A DNA stretch of 57,562 bases from Candidatus Adlerbacteria bacterium RIFCSPLOWO2_01_FULL_51_16 (GCA_001775485.1 MEWX01000003.1:1-57562); one strand, 5' to 3'; shown: positions 45,352-54,665, counted from the stretch's first letter. Numbers and translations are program-made. Notes: generated by a model from the sequence alone, not told the origin.

Positions 45352-45423
45352 GCTCCCGTCGTTCAATGGATAGGATGTATCCTTGCGGAGGATATGATGT
45401 AGGTTCGATTCCTACCGGGAGCA
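45352..45423 (+). tRNA. tRNA-Arg (GCG)
   Basis: GCTCCCG-TC-GTTC-AATGGATA-GGAT-G-TATCC-TTGCGGA-GGATA-TGAT-GTAGG-TTCGATT-CCTAC-CGGGAGC-A. The D stem has two G-U pairs. Confidence 0.75.
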
Positions 45424-45580
45424 CAAGGTCAAAAAAACGAAATGGTTCGCTTTTTTGTACACTTGTGCTGGGCGGAGCAATGTTTCGCTAGCAAGCGAAA
45501 CTGCGAGCCGGGGTCGAGAAAATTTTGAGCGACGGCGAAAAATTATTCGTGACCACAAATGTACACACAAAAGTAAAAAC

Positions 45581-45652
45581 GCTCTCGTAGTTCAATGGAT
45601 AGAATATCTCCCTCCGAAGGAGACGATGCAGGTTCGATTCCTGCCGGGAGCA
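45581..45652 (+). tRNA. tRNA-Arg (CCG)
   Basis: GCTCTCG-TA-GTTC-AATGGATA-GAAT-A-TCTCC-CTCCGAA-GGAGA-CGAT-GCAGG-TTCGATT-CCTGC-CGGGAGC-A. Confidence 0.85.
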
Positions 45653-45730
45653 CTGAGGTTATCCGAAGCAAACCGATTCCTGCCGGGAGCACTGAGGTTA
45701 TCCGAAGCAAATCGATTCCTGCCGGGAGCA
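45653..45730 (+). repeat. 2 x 39-nt tandem repeat, each unit ending in a copy of the tRNA-Arg(CCG) 3' end
   Basis: Units 45653-45691 and 45692-45730 differ at one base (C/T). Each is CTGAGGTTATCCGAAGCAAAYCGATTCCTGCCGGGAGCA, whose last 18 nt equal the tRNA 3' terminus. Confidence 0.9.
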
Positions 45731-45737
45731 CCGAAAA

Positions 45738-45986
45738 TTAAGTTTGCGCCTTGAGAAGACGGGCTATTTTTGATTTGCGGTGGGCGGCGGTATTTTTCTT
45801 AATTAAACCCCGCTTCATCGCCTTATCTATCGCTTTGTAGGCGGCTTTGAGTGCGGTAGCGTCGCCTTTTTGTGCAAGACGCGCACCTTTAAACGCCGCG
45901 ACAAGAGCCTTCCGGCGTGTGTCGTTCATGCGCTTGCGGCGTTTTGACTGGCGGTTCGCCTTTTTTGCCGACTTGGTAATTGCCAT
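45738..45986 (-). CDS. rpsT: 30S ribosomal protein S20
   Basis: 82 aa; MAITKSAKKANRQSKRRKRMN..., highly basic and helical, bS20-like. Confidence 0.9.
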   Translation of the reverse strand: MAITKSAKKANRQSKRRKRMNDTRRKALVAAFKGARLAQKGDATALKAAYKAIDKAMKRGLIKKNTAAHRKSKIARLLKAQT

Positions 45987-46010
45987 TCGGGGATAGTACT
46001 CTAGATATAT

Positions 46011-46598
46011 ATGATAGGCAAGTTAACCGGCTCCTTCGGCGGCACAACTTCAGAGGGCGCGGTACTCATCGACGTGGGGGGTGTCGGGTATGCGGTGCGT
46101 ATTCCGCTTGCAGCGCTTCAAGAGCTACGTGCAAAAAAAGAAAAAGGAATTTCTCTTTTCATCCACACCGCGGTACGCGAGGATGCCATCGATTTATACG
46201 GGTTCAAGGCACAAGAGGAGCTAACGTTTTTCAAACAGTTGATGAGTGTAAAAGGAGTGGGACCAAAGACTGCGCTGGGTATTCTTAATGTTGCGGATGT
46301 CAAAACCCTAACCGGCAGTATCGCGCGGGGTGACGCGTCAGCATTAACTAAAGTGTTCGGCATCGGCAAAAAGAGTGCTGAGCGCATCGTTGTTGAACTG
46401 CGCGACAAGTTGGCAAGCGTTGCGGGCGCCTCTTCCGGTGGGGTTTCGGGTGATGATGTAGAGGCTATTGAAGCACTAATAGCGCTTGGCTACAGCGCCT
46501 CAGAGGGTCGCGAAGCACTCAAAGGAGTTGCTCCAAGCGCCTCCGGCGTGCATAATCGCCTCGCCGCAGCCCTTAAACTGTTGGGCTCAAAGCGCTAA
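46011..46598 (+). CDS. ruvA: Holliday junction DNA helicase RuvA
   Basis: 195 aa; MIGKLTG...VLIDVGGVGYAV, HhH motifs (VKGVGPKTAL, FGIGKKSAERIV). Confidence 0.9.
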   Translation: MIGKLTGSFGGTTSEGAVLIDVGGVGYAVRIPLAALQELRAKKEKGISLFIHTAVREDAIDLYGFKAQEELTFFKQLMSVKGVGPKTALGILNVADVKTLTGSIARGDASALTKVFGIGKKSAERIVVELRDKLASVAGASSGGVSGDDVEAIEALIALGYSASEGREALKGVAPSASGVHNRLAAALKLLGSKR

Positions 46599-47843
46599 AT
46601 GAAACAACTCCTTGCATCAGTTATTCCCCAACCCATTCTAAACTTCTACCATCTTGCATTCGCCTATTGTGGAGCGCTACTGACCGGCTTCCCTTCCCAG
46701 AAACTCGTCGTTATCGCAGTAACCGGTACCAAGGGCAAATCAACAACTGTCGAACTTATCCGTGCAATCCTCACCGAGGCGGGACACACGGTTGCGGTTG
46801 CTTCAACTATTCGTTTTGCCATAGGTCGCGACTCCGAGCCCAATCTTTTTAAAATGACGATGCCGGGGCGGGCGTACCTTCAGTTTTTTTTAGCGCGCGC
46901 GGTGCGCGCGGGAGCAACCCACGCGGTCCTCGAAATGACTTCAGAAGGTGCGAGACAATTCCGCCACAAAGGCATTGTGCTTGATGCACTTGTATTCACT
47001 AACCTCGCCCCTGAACATATTGAGTCGCACGGAGGACTCGAAAAATACAAAGAAGCAAAGCTTTCACTTGCGCGACATCTTGAAAGTTCATCAAAACGTC
47101 CGCGCATTATCGTTGCAAACGCGGACGACTCGGTGGGAAAAGAATTTTTGAAGGCGGGGGTGGAAACACAGGCCCCGTTTATACTTCGCGATGCCGAGCC
47201 CTATCATGTAGACGAGCATAGTGTGCGTTTTTTGTGGCGGGGAGAGCTTATGTCCGTGCCGTTGCCGGGGCTCTTCAATCTTAAAAATTGCCTGGCGGCA
47301 TTGGCGCTCGGCGAAGTGCTCAAAATCCCCGTTGGCGTCATGAAGAAAGCGCTCGAACATGTGGGACCTATACCGGGCCGCGTGGAGCGTGTAGAGCGGG
47401 GGCAAGAATTCTCCGTTATTGTCGATTACGCGCACACGCCGGACTCTTTGCGCGCACTCTACGAAGCGTACCCGGGCAAACGGCGAATATGTGTCTTGGG
47501 CTCAACGGGCGGCGGGCGCGACTCCTGGAAGCGCCCGGAGATGGGGCGCATTGCGGACGAGTTTTGCGACGTCGCAATCCTGACCGAGGAAGACCCGTAC
47601 GACGAAGATCCGCATAAAATCGTTGACGAGGTAGCGAAGGGCTTTGTGCGCCGCAAGCCGCGCATTATCCCCGAGCGGCGTGCTGCAATCCGCGACGCGC
47701 TTAAGGAGGCGCACCGGGGAGATGTGGTTTTGATAACCGGCAAAGGGACCGACCCCTTTATCATGGGGCCGCGGGGGCAGAAGCAAGTGTGGAGTGATAA
47801 AAAAGTAGCGGAGGAAGAGCTACAAAAGTTGGGGTACAATTGA
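46599..47843 (+). CDS. Mur ligase family protein (MurE-like)
   Basis: 414 aa; VIAVTGTKGKSTT P-loop and DYAHTPDSL. Lacks the usual N-terminal domain, so substrate specificity is not assignable. Confidence 0.65.
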   Translation: MKQLLASVIPQPILNFYHLAFAYCGALLTGFPSQKLVVIAVTGTKGKSTTVELIRAILTEAGHTVAVASTIRFAIGRDSEPNLFKMTMPGRAYLQFFLARAVRAGATHAVLEMTSEGARQFRHKGIVLDALVFTNLAPEHIESHGGLEKYKEAKLSLARHLESSSKRPRIIVANADDSVGKEFLKAGVETQAPFILRDAEPYHVDEHSVRFLWRGELMSVPLPGLFNLKNCLAALALGEVLKIPVGVMKKALEHVGPIPGRVERVERGQEFSVIVDYAHTPDSLRALYEAYPGKRRICVLGSTGGGRDSWKRPEMGRIADEFCDVAILTEEDPYDEDPHKIVDEVAKGFVRRKPRIIPERRAAIRDALKEAHRGDVVLITGKGTDPFIMGPRGQKQVWSDKKVAEEELQKLGYN

Positions 47844-47846
47844 AAA

Positions 47847-48074
47847 ATGGCGGATGAGAAAGACAGCGGAGGCGGGCCTATGGAGATGGCGCTTCTTTTG
47901 TTTGGGGGACTTGTGGTCTTGATTGTCCTTTGGTTTGCAAATGGAGGGCCCGAGCGCGCCGACCTCAAAGGAATATTTTTAGCACCTCCGGCGCCACTTG
48001 GCACCGGTGAGAGTTACGGCCCACAAGTTGGGCAACCCGCACCCTGGGCCCCAACAAGTACAAACCCGCAATAG
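47847..48074 (+). CDS. small membrane protein, hypothetical
   Basis: 75 aa; one TM (MALLLFGGLVVLIVLWF) and a Pro-rich tail. Confidence 0.4.
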   Translation: MADEKDSGGGPMEMALLLFGGLVVLIVLWFANGGPERADLKGIFLAPPAPLGTGESYGPQVGQPAPWAPTSTNPQ

Positions 48075-48076
48075 AT

Positions 48077-48481
48077 ATGCTCAACCCATTCCCCGGCCTT
48101 CTCGATTTTGGTTTTTTTGCACCGACGATTTTACGTATCGTGGTTGCATGCGTCTTTTTGTATGTCGCATACGCGCAGTATCAGAGCCGCGAAGTGATGG
48201 CGAGAATCCCCTTCCCCATTATCGGAACTTCGCTTGGGATGGGGGTTGTGTGGGTCGCAATCATCGTCGAGATCGGGCTCGCCGCCTCGCTCGTCGCCGG
48301 GTACTACACCCAAATTGCGGCGATAGTCGGCATAGTTGCTGCGGCAAAATACTTTTTGTTCGGAAAACGCTGGCCGACCTTCTCCCCAATTTCCCGCGGC
48401 ACCGCTTTTCTCCTTTTTATTATCCTCGCATCACTCCTTCTCTCCGGCGCCGGCGGCTTCGCCTACGACCTCCCGTTGTAA
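48077..48481 (+). CDS. DoxX-family membrane protein
   Basis: 134 aa; four TM helices and a DoxX-like N-terminus (LRIVVACVFLYVAY). Confidence 0.6.
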   Translation: MLNPFPGLLDFGFFAPTILRIVVACVFLYVAYAQYQSREVMARIPFPIIGTSLGMGVVWVAIIVEIGLAASLVAGYYTQIAAIVGIVAAAKYFLFGKRWPTFSPISRGTAFLLFIILASLLLSGAGGFAYDLPL

Positions 48482-48483
48482 AA

Positions 48484-48520
48484 GAAAAAACCGCCGTTCC
48501 CTTTCGGTACTAGGCGGCAG
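48484..48520. terminator. bidirectional terminator between convergent genes
   Basis: AAAAAACCGCC-(gttccctttcggtacta)-GGCGG. The minus strand gives ...GGCGGTTTTTTC. Confidence 0.55.
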
Positions 48521-48526
48521 TAAAGG

Positions 48527-49093
48527 CTACCATGCGTGGGCAACCACGGTGTTTTTATCGGCGAGGAGGTTGTTCGGCTCAAATACAAAAAACCAAACAT
48601 TCTTCGCCTTCGCGGCTGCTTCGAGTAGTTCATACAACTCGTCTCCACGAGCGAGAGTAAAGTGACGATCAGGACGCTCCACTGCAATATGCTCCTTGGC
48701 CATGTAGGCGACTCTGAGTTCCGTTGCGGCAAGTATCACGTTACGCTCCTTCATTGCGAGGATCTTGCCCGCAAGACGGCTCGCCCGGAAGTTTAACATT
48801 CTTTGCCGGAGTCGCGACTCGGCACCGCTGAAGATTCTTGTCGCAAGGGCCTTTTCCCGTTCTTCTAGCGCTTTAAATTTCAGAGCGGCGTTCGTCAAAA
48901 TTCCACTCCCGTCATAGAACCTCACGGCGATCTTCATACTTGTGGGCGTATCTCGTTTCATCTCACCAGAGATGAGTTCAATATCATCGCTGGTCCGTTC
49001 ACGACACTCGGCGAAAAGATCGCCGAGTGAATGTGTGTTCTTCCCGCCGACATGGAAGAACTCCGCCTGCACAATATTCCGATGCTCCTCCAT
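48527..49093 (-). CDS. hypothetical protein
   Basis: 188 aa ORF with coding-like composition and no recognised motif. Confidence 0.5.
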   Translation of the reverse strand: MEEHRNIVQAEFFHVGGKNTHSLGDLFAECRERTSDDIELISGEMKRDTPTSMKIAVRFYDGSGILTNAALKFKALEEREKALATRIFSGAESRLRQRMLNFRASRLAGKILAMKERNVILAATELRVAYMAKEHIAVERPDRHFTLARGDELYELLEAAAKAKNVWFFVFEPNNLLADKNTVVAHAW

Positions 49094-49174
49094 GGGAACC
49101 TCTCTGTAACGACCAACTACCCGGCACTATGCCATAGTTTAAAATTGCGCGCTATTTTGCTATAGTGCGCTCAT

Positions 49175-49247
49175 CCGCCCATAGCTCAGTTGGTAGAGCG
49201 GCTCCCTTTTAAGGAGAAGGTCCTAGGTTCGAATCCTAGTGGGCGGA
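49175..49247 (+). tRNA. tRNA-Lys (TTT)
   Basis: CCGCCCA-TA-GCTC-AGTTGGTA-GAGC-G-GCTCC-CTTTTAA-GGAGA-AGGTC-CTAGG-TTCGAAT-CCTAG-TGGGCGG-A. The top anticodon-stem pair is mismatched. Confidence 0.82.
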
Positions 49248-49802
49248 CTAGAGTTTTAGAGCAAACCGCTCAAGGAGAAGGGCGAGGTCACCAAATCCCC
49301 GGTGCGAGTCGTGATACATGAAAGTTATCTCACGCGAGAGGTTAGCGTCTTTTATCTGACGCGCCTTCCATGCCAAGAGCCCCGCCAAGGTCTCGGGCTT
49401 CTCCCCTTCCCGCAGCGCCTTCACGAGCCCCAACCACAATTTTTTCTTATCGTAGTTTGCGAGCGCAGCGGTAAGGCCAAACTGGTCGAACCGATACTCT
49501 TTTTTCTCGGTTTTTGTTACTTCGATCTTTGCTCCCGCTTTTTGTAAAATCTCCGTTGGTTTTTTAAGTAGCTTCTCTTCTTCAAAAATAAATATGTGGG
49601 GCGATTCAACTAACCCCTCGGCAAGTTCCAAAAACTCCTCTCCTCGCTCACTTGCAAAAACTCCTACAAGTACAAAAGTTCGCGCGCCGCCAAAGAGTGT
49701 CGCGGTGGAGGCAAGCGTTGCAATTTCCTCACTACTTATTGCCTCCCACTTCAGCTCTTCAGCCGGACCCTTCCTTCTCCCCCCGACAAGTACTATCAGC
49801 AT
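49248..49802 (-). CDS. hypothetical protein (possibly a short DNA polymerase III delta/HolA-like protein)
   Basis: Start moved to the ATG at 49802 (MLIVLVGG...) because the track start at 49823 lies inside the repeat element. The HolA guess rests only on size, position and the LFGG...VL pattern. Confidence 0.4.
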   Translation of the reverse strand: MLIVLVGGRRKGPAEELKWEAISSEEIATLASTATLFGGARTFVLVGVFASERGEEFLELAEGLVESPHIFIFEEEKLLKKPTEILQKAGAKIEVTKTEKKEYRFDQFGLTAALANYDKKKLWLGLVKALREGEKPETLAGLLAWKARQIKDANLSREITFMYHDSHRGFGDLALLLERFALKL

Positions 49803-49821
49803 AAAATATTGGAGGCAAAAC

Positions 49822-49906
49822 AAACCTGAGGGAGGCTTCGCAGGCGCGACTGGCGCCGAGACTGAGCAAATTTCCAGCAGGAAATTATGCGTACTCCTGA
49901 AGGTTT
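49822..49906 (-). repeat. structured 3'-flank repeat, copy C (15 nt after polA stop, sense to polA)
   Basis: Minus strand: AAACCTTCAGGAG...AATTTCC-TGCT-GGAAATT...GGCGC-cagtc-GCGCC...CTCCCTCAGGTTT. Collinear with copy A. Confidence 0.7.
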
Positions 49907-49920
49907 AGTTTTACCGCAAA

Positions 49921-52323
49921 TCATATTTTTTCCATTTCGCCCCAGTTCCTCCCCATTTTACCCTCTGCAATAATAGGCACCCCGTGCGTATCTTTTTTGG
50001 GAAGCACGTTTTCCATTATCTCTTTTATCTTGGGGCTAAGTTTTTCTATCTCTTTGTCAGCAATTTCAAACACCAACTCGTCGTGCACCTGCAAAAGAAG
50101 ATGGGCTTTTTCGCTCACCCCCTCTTTTTTGAACAGTTCGTCAATTTTAATCATTGCAAGCTTTACGATGTCTGACTGTGTGCCCTGCATCGGCGCATTT
50201 ATCGCCATCCGCTCGGCAGCCGCGCGCACATAGGGGATCGGCGATTTAATCCCCTCAAAGTAGCGCCGCCTTCCAAAGAGCGTTTCCGTGTAGCCGCGAC
50301 GCGCGGCATCTGCTTTCACTTCTTCAATGTACTCCGCGAGCCGCGGAAAGGTCTTGAAGTATTGGTTATAAAATTCCTGTGCCTCTGCGCGTGAAGTCCC
50401 GAGCGCCTCGCGCAGAGAGTTAACCCCCATCCCGTAGAGAATGCCGAAGTTGATAACCTTGGCGGCACGGCGTTGGTCGTAGCTCGCTGTCTTGACTCCA
50501 AAAATCCTTGCCGCAACCTCTGTGTGCACATCGCGCCCGTTTTTAAAGATATCTATAAGCCCCTTATCGCCCGAAAGCATCGCCGCGATGCGCAATTCGA
50601 TCTGGCTGTAATCAAATGATACAAGCTTTAGCCCCGCATCTGCGACAAACGCGTCCCGTATAGCGCGGCCAAGGTCGGTTTTTATTGGGATGTTTTGGAG
50701 ATTTGGGTCTTGCGAAGAAATTCTTCCTGTTGTTGTCCCTGTCTGTACAAAAGAAGTGTGGAGTCGGCTGTTATCGTCAACAAGCGTCGGGATCGAGTCT
50801 ATGTAGGTTGAGAGAAGTTTTTGCAGTTCCCGGTATGCCAAAATGTCAGCGATTACCGGGTGAAGCCCCTTCATCTTTTCAAGTTCGGACTCCCGTGTTG
50901 AGCGCTGGCCACCTGCGGTTTTTTTATGATTTTTGAGAGTAATTTTCAGTTTGTCAAAGAGTACTTCCCCGAGCTGGCGGGGTGAATTGATATTGAACTC
51001 GCCCTCGGCCACTTTATAGATGCGGACAGCAAGTTTGTCTAACTCTTTGTGATATTTGAGCGAGAGTGTGGTGAGAAACTTCCTGTCGATTAACACGCCG
51101 CGCCTCTCCATTGTCCGTAGTATCGGCATAAGTGGGAGCTCAATACCCTCGTACACAAACGAGAGATTTTGTTTTTTAATTTCGCTAAGAATGTGTTTGC
51201 GCGCCTCGTCGAAATCCTTTGACTTACCAACCCAATGGGCATCTTCAATGGTCGGCTTGGTGATGGAGGAATCCAAAACCCACACCGCAAGTAATATTTT
51301 TTGCAGGTCTTCCTTATCTGGAGGCGGAGGCTCATGAGCAAATGTTTGGTTGAGTGAAGCGACCCGAGGACTTTGCGAAGGAGTCTCCGCCGAAAGTAGT
51401 TCTTTAACCCGCGGGATGAGTGAGCGAAATTCAAACTCTGATAACATGTTGAGTAATTTTTCTGTATCAACCCCTTCCCGCCAAGACTTTTTAGGGATTG
51501 AGAAATCAATAGGAACGTTTGTGGAAATTTCTGCAAGCGCTTTTGAAAACAGCGCGTTCTCCTCACCTGCTTTAAGTTTCTCCAAGGTCGCCCCCTTAAC
51601 TCCCGCCTCTTCCAGAGCGGCGGGGTTTTTTTTGAGCTTGGTATAAATTTCCTCAACTCTTCCAAAGTTTGAGATTAATATCCCCGCAGTCTTTTCTCCG
51701 ATACCTTTAACACCCGGAATATTGTCAGAGGGGTCGCCACGAAGCCCCTTGTAGTCGGGTAAAAGCTTGGGGCCAAAGCCGAAACGTTTTTCAACTGCCG
51801 CCTCGTCGTAGAGAATCGTTTCGGAGAGACCTTTTTTGAGGGTATACACTTGCACGCGCTTATCATCAACAAGCTGCAGTGCGTCCATATCACCCGAGGC
51901 AATGATAATCTCTGTTTCGTTTTGCTTTTTCAGTTTCTCGACAATGGTCCCTATAACATCGTCGGCCTCATACCCTCCACTTGAGTACATAGGAATGCCG
52001 AGTGCCTCGAGTACGTCGCGTGAACGCTTAATTTGAGCGATCAAATCATCCTCTGTTTTGGGACGCTGTGCTTTGTATGCCTTAAACGACACGTGTCGGT
52101 GCGTCGGCCCCGGTAAATCAAGTGCCGCCGCGATATAGTCGGGCTTTAAATCAGTAATAATTTTTACAAGCATTGAGATGAGTCCGTAGAGGGCACCGGT
52201 CGGCTCTCCCTTGCTTGAGGAAAAATCGGGCAGCGCGTGGTAGGCGCGGTGCAAAATCGCGTGGGTGTCCAAAATCACCAGCCGCTTCTTTACCCCGAGT
52301 TTTGTCGAGGGGTTACCCTTCAT
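49921..52323 (-). CDS. polA: DNA polymerase I
   Basis: 800 aa; 5'-3' exonuclease N-terminus (LVILDTHAILHRAYHA), polymerase motifs (DYSQIELRI, KVINFGILYGM, QVHDELVFE). Confidence 0.92.
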   Translation of the reverse strand: MKGNPSTKLGVKKRLVILDTHAILHRAYHALPDFSSSKGEPTGALYGLISMLVKIITDLKPDYIAAALDLPGPTHRHVSFKAYKAQRPKTEDDLIAQIKRSRDVLEALGIPMYSSGGYEADDVIGTIVEKLKKQNETEIIIASGDMDALQLVDDKRVQVYTLKKGLSETILYDEAAVEKRFGFGPKLLPDYKGLRGDPSDNIPGVKGIGEKTAGILISNFGRVEEIYTKLKKNPAALEEAGVKGATLEKLKAGEENALFSKALAEISTNVPIDFSIPKKSWREGVDTEKLLNMLSEFEFRSLIPRVKELLSAETPSQSPRVASLNQTFAHEPPPPDKEDLQKILLAVWVLDSSITKPTIEDAHWVGKSKDFDEARKHILSEIKKQNLSFVYEGIELPLMPILRTMERRGVLIDRKFLTTLSLKYHKELDKLAVRIYKVAEGEFNINSPRQLGEVLFDKLKITLKNHKKTAGGQRSTRESELEKMKGLHPVIADILAYRELQKLLSTYIDSIPTLVDDNSRLHTSFVQTGTTTGRISSQDPNLQNIPIKTDLGRAIRDAFVADAGLKLVSFDYSQIELRIAAMLSGDKGLIDIFKNGRDVHTEVAARIFGVKTASYDQRRAAKVINFGILYGMGVNSLREALGTSRAEAQEFYNQYFKTFPRLAEYIEEVKADAARRGYTETLFGRRRYFEGIKSPIPYVRAAAERMAINAPMQGTQSDIVKLAMIKIDELFKKEGVSEKAHLLLQVHDELVFEIADKEIEKLSPKIKEIMENVLPKKDTHGVPIIAEGKMGRNWGEMEKI

Positions 52324-52775
52324 ACAGCCTCAATATACCTCTCCCCCTCATCCGCGCCATCGGAGGAGAATTTGATGGTGAGATCGGGTTTTGGAAGCAA
52401 TCCGCCAGCTGGCGGACCCGCGCGCTCGGGCCATTCGATACATATGAGATTGTGTGGGTCATTCAAAACAGTATCGAGCTGCAGAGCGACGAGCTCCTCC
52501 GGTTTTTCTAAGCGATATAAATCAATATGAATGAGCGCTCTGAATTGTCGATATGATATATCATATCGTTTCATCAAAACGTAGGTAGGGCTCTGTACTA
52601 TTTCCTTCACGCCGAGTTCTTTCGCAAGCGTTTGTACAAAGGTCGTCTTCCCCGCGCCAAGCTCGCCCGAAAGCGCTACAAAGGTCGCTCCGGTATTTTT
52701 CGCTGGCAGTGTACCCAAAACCCCTCTCACAAAGCCGGGGAGTCCTTCTCGCGGCACCTTTTGCATCAAACGCAT
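52320..52775 (-). CDS. tsaE: tRNA t6A37 biosynthesis ATPase TsaE
   Basis: 151 aa; LSGELGAGKTTFVQ P-loop and SPTY motif. ATGA overlap with polA. Confidence 0.85.
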   Translation of the reverse strand: MRLMQKVPREGLPGFVRGVLGTLPAKNTGATFVALSGELGAGKTTFVQTLAKELGVKEIVQSPTYVLMKRYDISYRQFRALIHIDLYRLEKPEELVALQLDTVLNDPHNLICIEWPERAGPPAGGLLPKPDLTIKFSSDGADEGERYIEAV

Positions 52776-52789
52776 TGTACAATAGAACC

Positions 52790-54472
52790 ATGGTGGTTTT
52801 TGCAGACGCAGAGCAGGAGAAGCGGCTCGACTTTTTGCGCAGACGCGAAGAGGAGGAGCTCGCCCAGGTACTCTCTCAAAAATACGGCGTCGAATACGTT
52901 GATCTCTCTCTTGTCTCGGTTAACACCGAGGCCTTGCGGCTTATACCGGACGCGGAGGCGCGCGCCGCTGAAGCGGCAGCTTTTGGTCGGGTGGGAAAAC
53001 GCGTGAGTCTCGCGGCCCGCGCGCCGGAAAATCCTAAAGTGAAACAGCTTGTCGCAAAGCTCACGGACATGGGTTACGAGGTAACACTCTTTATGACTTC
53101 GCAGGAGTCCCTAAAGCGCGCGTTTGACCGCTACGCCGACCTCTCCTACGCGAAGGAAACAAAAGCCGGCGTCTTTGAGCTTTCAAACGAAGAACTCGAG
53201 GAGCTCCTCACTAAAGTTAAGGGTCTCAAAGATATCGGCGCTCTCATAAACGAAGCGATAGAACTGAAGCGCGCCTACCGCATCACTCGAATCTTGGAAG
53301 TAATCCTCGCAGGCGGGCTCTCAACTTCTGCTTCTGACGTTCACTTTGAGCCGGAAGAGAAGGATGTGCGGCTACGCTACCGGCTCGATGGAGTCCTCAT
53401 CGATGTACTCACCTTCGACCACGAAACGTACCGGCTACTTCTTCCCCGCCTGAAACTCCTCTCGGGACTCAAACTCAACGTGGAGGGCGAGGCACAGGAT
53501 GGCCGTTTTTCTATCAAAATAAAGGGCGCGGAGATTGAACTGCGCACCTCGATACTCCCCGGTAACTACGCAGAGACGGTGGTCTTGCGCATTCTTAACC
53601 CCGAGTCAATTGGGGTACCGCTTGAGCAATTGGGGTTTGAAGAAAAGTTGCGTCTCCGGATCGAAAAAGAAATCACAAAACCAAACGGTATGATTTTAAC
53701 AACCGGCCCCACCGGATCCGGTAAAACAACCACGCTTTACGCTTTTTTGCGCAAAGTTAATAACCCCGAAAGTAAAATTATTACTATAGAAGACCCCATT
53801 GAATACCACCTGCAGGGCATCGTACAGACCCAGGTAGATAAAAAAACCTACACCTTCGCTGCGGGGTTGCGTAGCGCACTCCGGCAGGACCCGGACATCA
53901 TCATGGTCGGAGAAATCCGCGATGCTGAAGTTGCTTCAACGGCGATCAACGCCGCGCTCACCGGCCACCTTGTTTTCTCAACACTCCACACCAACGATGC
54001 GGCAGGGTCTTTCCCCCGCCTCATTGACCTCGGCATCGACGAGAAGGTGCTTTCCTCTTCTATCAACGTAGTGATGGCGCAACGCTTGGTGAGAAAGCTC
54101 TGCCCCACGTGCAAAAAAGAGCGCGAAGCAACACCGGAGGAAAAAGTGATTATAGATCGTGCACTCGCTGGCGTAGCGGACCGGGCACTCGTACCTGAAA
54201 AACAAAATGTGGTATACGAGGCGGCAACAGGGGGTTGCCCCGAGTGTCACGGCCGTGGCTACAAAGGGCGCGTCGGTATTTTTGAAGCAATATTTATGGA
54301 TCAAAAAATAGAAGAGGTTTTGCGTACCAAACCCTCGGAGCGTGAAATTGCCGCCGCGGCAAAGCCACAGGGCATCCCCACCATGCAGGAGGATGGCATC
54401 ATAAAAGTATTGCGTGGTGTTACCTCGCTTGAGGAGCTGCGCCGTGTTGTTGACCTCGATATCGCGAACTAA
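52790..54472 (+). CDS. pilB: type II/IV secretion / type IV pilus assembly ATPase (GspE/PilB family)
   Basis: Trimmed to the ATG at 52790. GPTGSGKTTTLYA, Asp/His boxes, and a tetracysteine motif CPTC...CPEC. Confidence 0.88.
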   Translation: MVVFADAEQEKRLDFLRRREEEELAQVLSQKYGVEYVDLSLVSVNTEALRLIPDAEARAAEAAAFGRVGKRVSLAARAPENPKVKQLVAKLTDMGYEVTLFMTSQESLKRAFDRYADLSYAKETKAGVFELSNEELEELLTKVKGLKDIGALINEAIELKRAYRITRILEVILAGGLSTSASDVHFEPEEKDVRLRYRLDGVLIDVLTFDHETYRLLLPRLKLLSGLKLNVEGEAQDGRFSIKIKGAEIELRTSILPGNYAETVVLRILNPESIGVPLEQLGFEEKLRLRIEKEITKPNGMILTTGPTGSGKTTTLYAFLRKVNNPESKIITIEDPIEYHLQGIVQTQVDKKTYTFAAGLRSALRQDPDIIMVGEIRDAEVASTAINAALTGHLVFSTLHTNDAAGSFPRLIDLGIDEKVLSSSINVVMAQRLVRKLCPTCKKEREATPEEKVIIDRALAGVADRALVPEKQNVVYEAATGGCPECHGRGYKGRVGIFEAIFMDQKIEEVLRTKPSEREIAAAAKPQGIPTMQEDGIIKVLRGVTSLEELRRVVDLDIAN

Positions 54473-54537
54473 AAAATCCGCACGGTCAATGTTGTGCCGG
54501 TGCGGAGGGAGTGTAGAGTAGGAGAGGTCGGGCGCAA

Positions 54538-54665
54538 GCACCTCTAAGCAAACAACATTTCAATCAAGTGAAAGGCGGAGTCACTCCTCAGGATAGTCCC
54601 CGCAATCCCGCCGAAGCGGGACGCCAAGACGTCCTTGTCGTGACCCCAAGGTTGCTTAGAGGTGT
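54538..54665. other. ORF-free structured element (candidate ncRNA, identity unknown)
   Basis: A 13-14 bp closing helix GCACCTCTAAGCAA (54538-54551) / TTGCTTAGAGGTGT (54652-54665) encloses several hairpins. One reads C(UUCG)G on the minus strand (54608-54621). Confidence 0.45.

Noticed and set aside
45653-45730. Possible CRISPR array, given the regularly spaced repeats
   Set aside because: There are only two extra units. The repeat part is the tRNA 3' end and the spacers are identical to each other. No cas genes are present. This is an att-type duplication and not a CRISPR array.
45455-45754. 99-aa ORF with internal repeat RFLPGALRLSEAN
   Set aside because: It is the translation of tRNA-Arg(CCG) plus the 39-nt tandem repeat, so it is not a protein gene. 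ORFs 45543..45731, 41866..42156, 43015..43290, 43021..43209 and 45212..45424 likewise just span tRNA genes.
54538-54665. SRP RNA, RNase P RNA, 6S RNA or tmRNA identity for the structured spacers at 54.5 kb, 44.6 kb and 10.1 kb
   Set aside because: By eye I found none of the diagnostic cores: GGAAGCAGC with a GNAR loop for SRP, GAGGAAAGUCC or ACAGAAxCCGGCUUA for RNase P, or a tRNA-like acceptor plus tag ORF for tmRNA. 6S RNA has no comparable sequence core I could test by eye, and at about 130 nt these elements are shorter than a typical 6S RNA. They are left as unidentified candidates.
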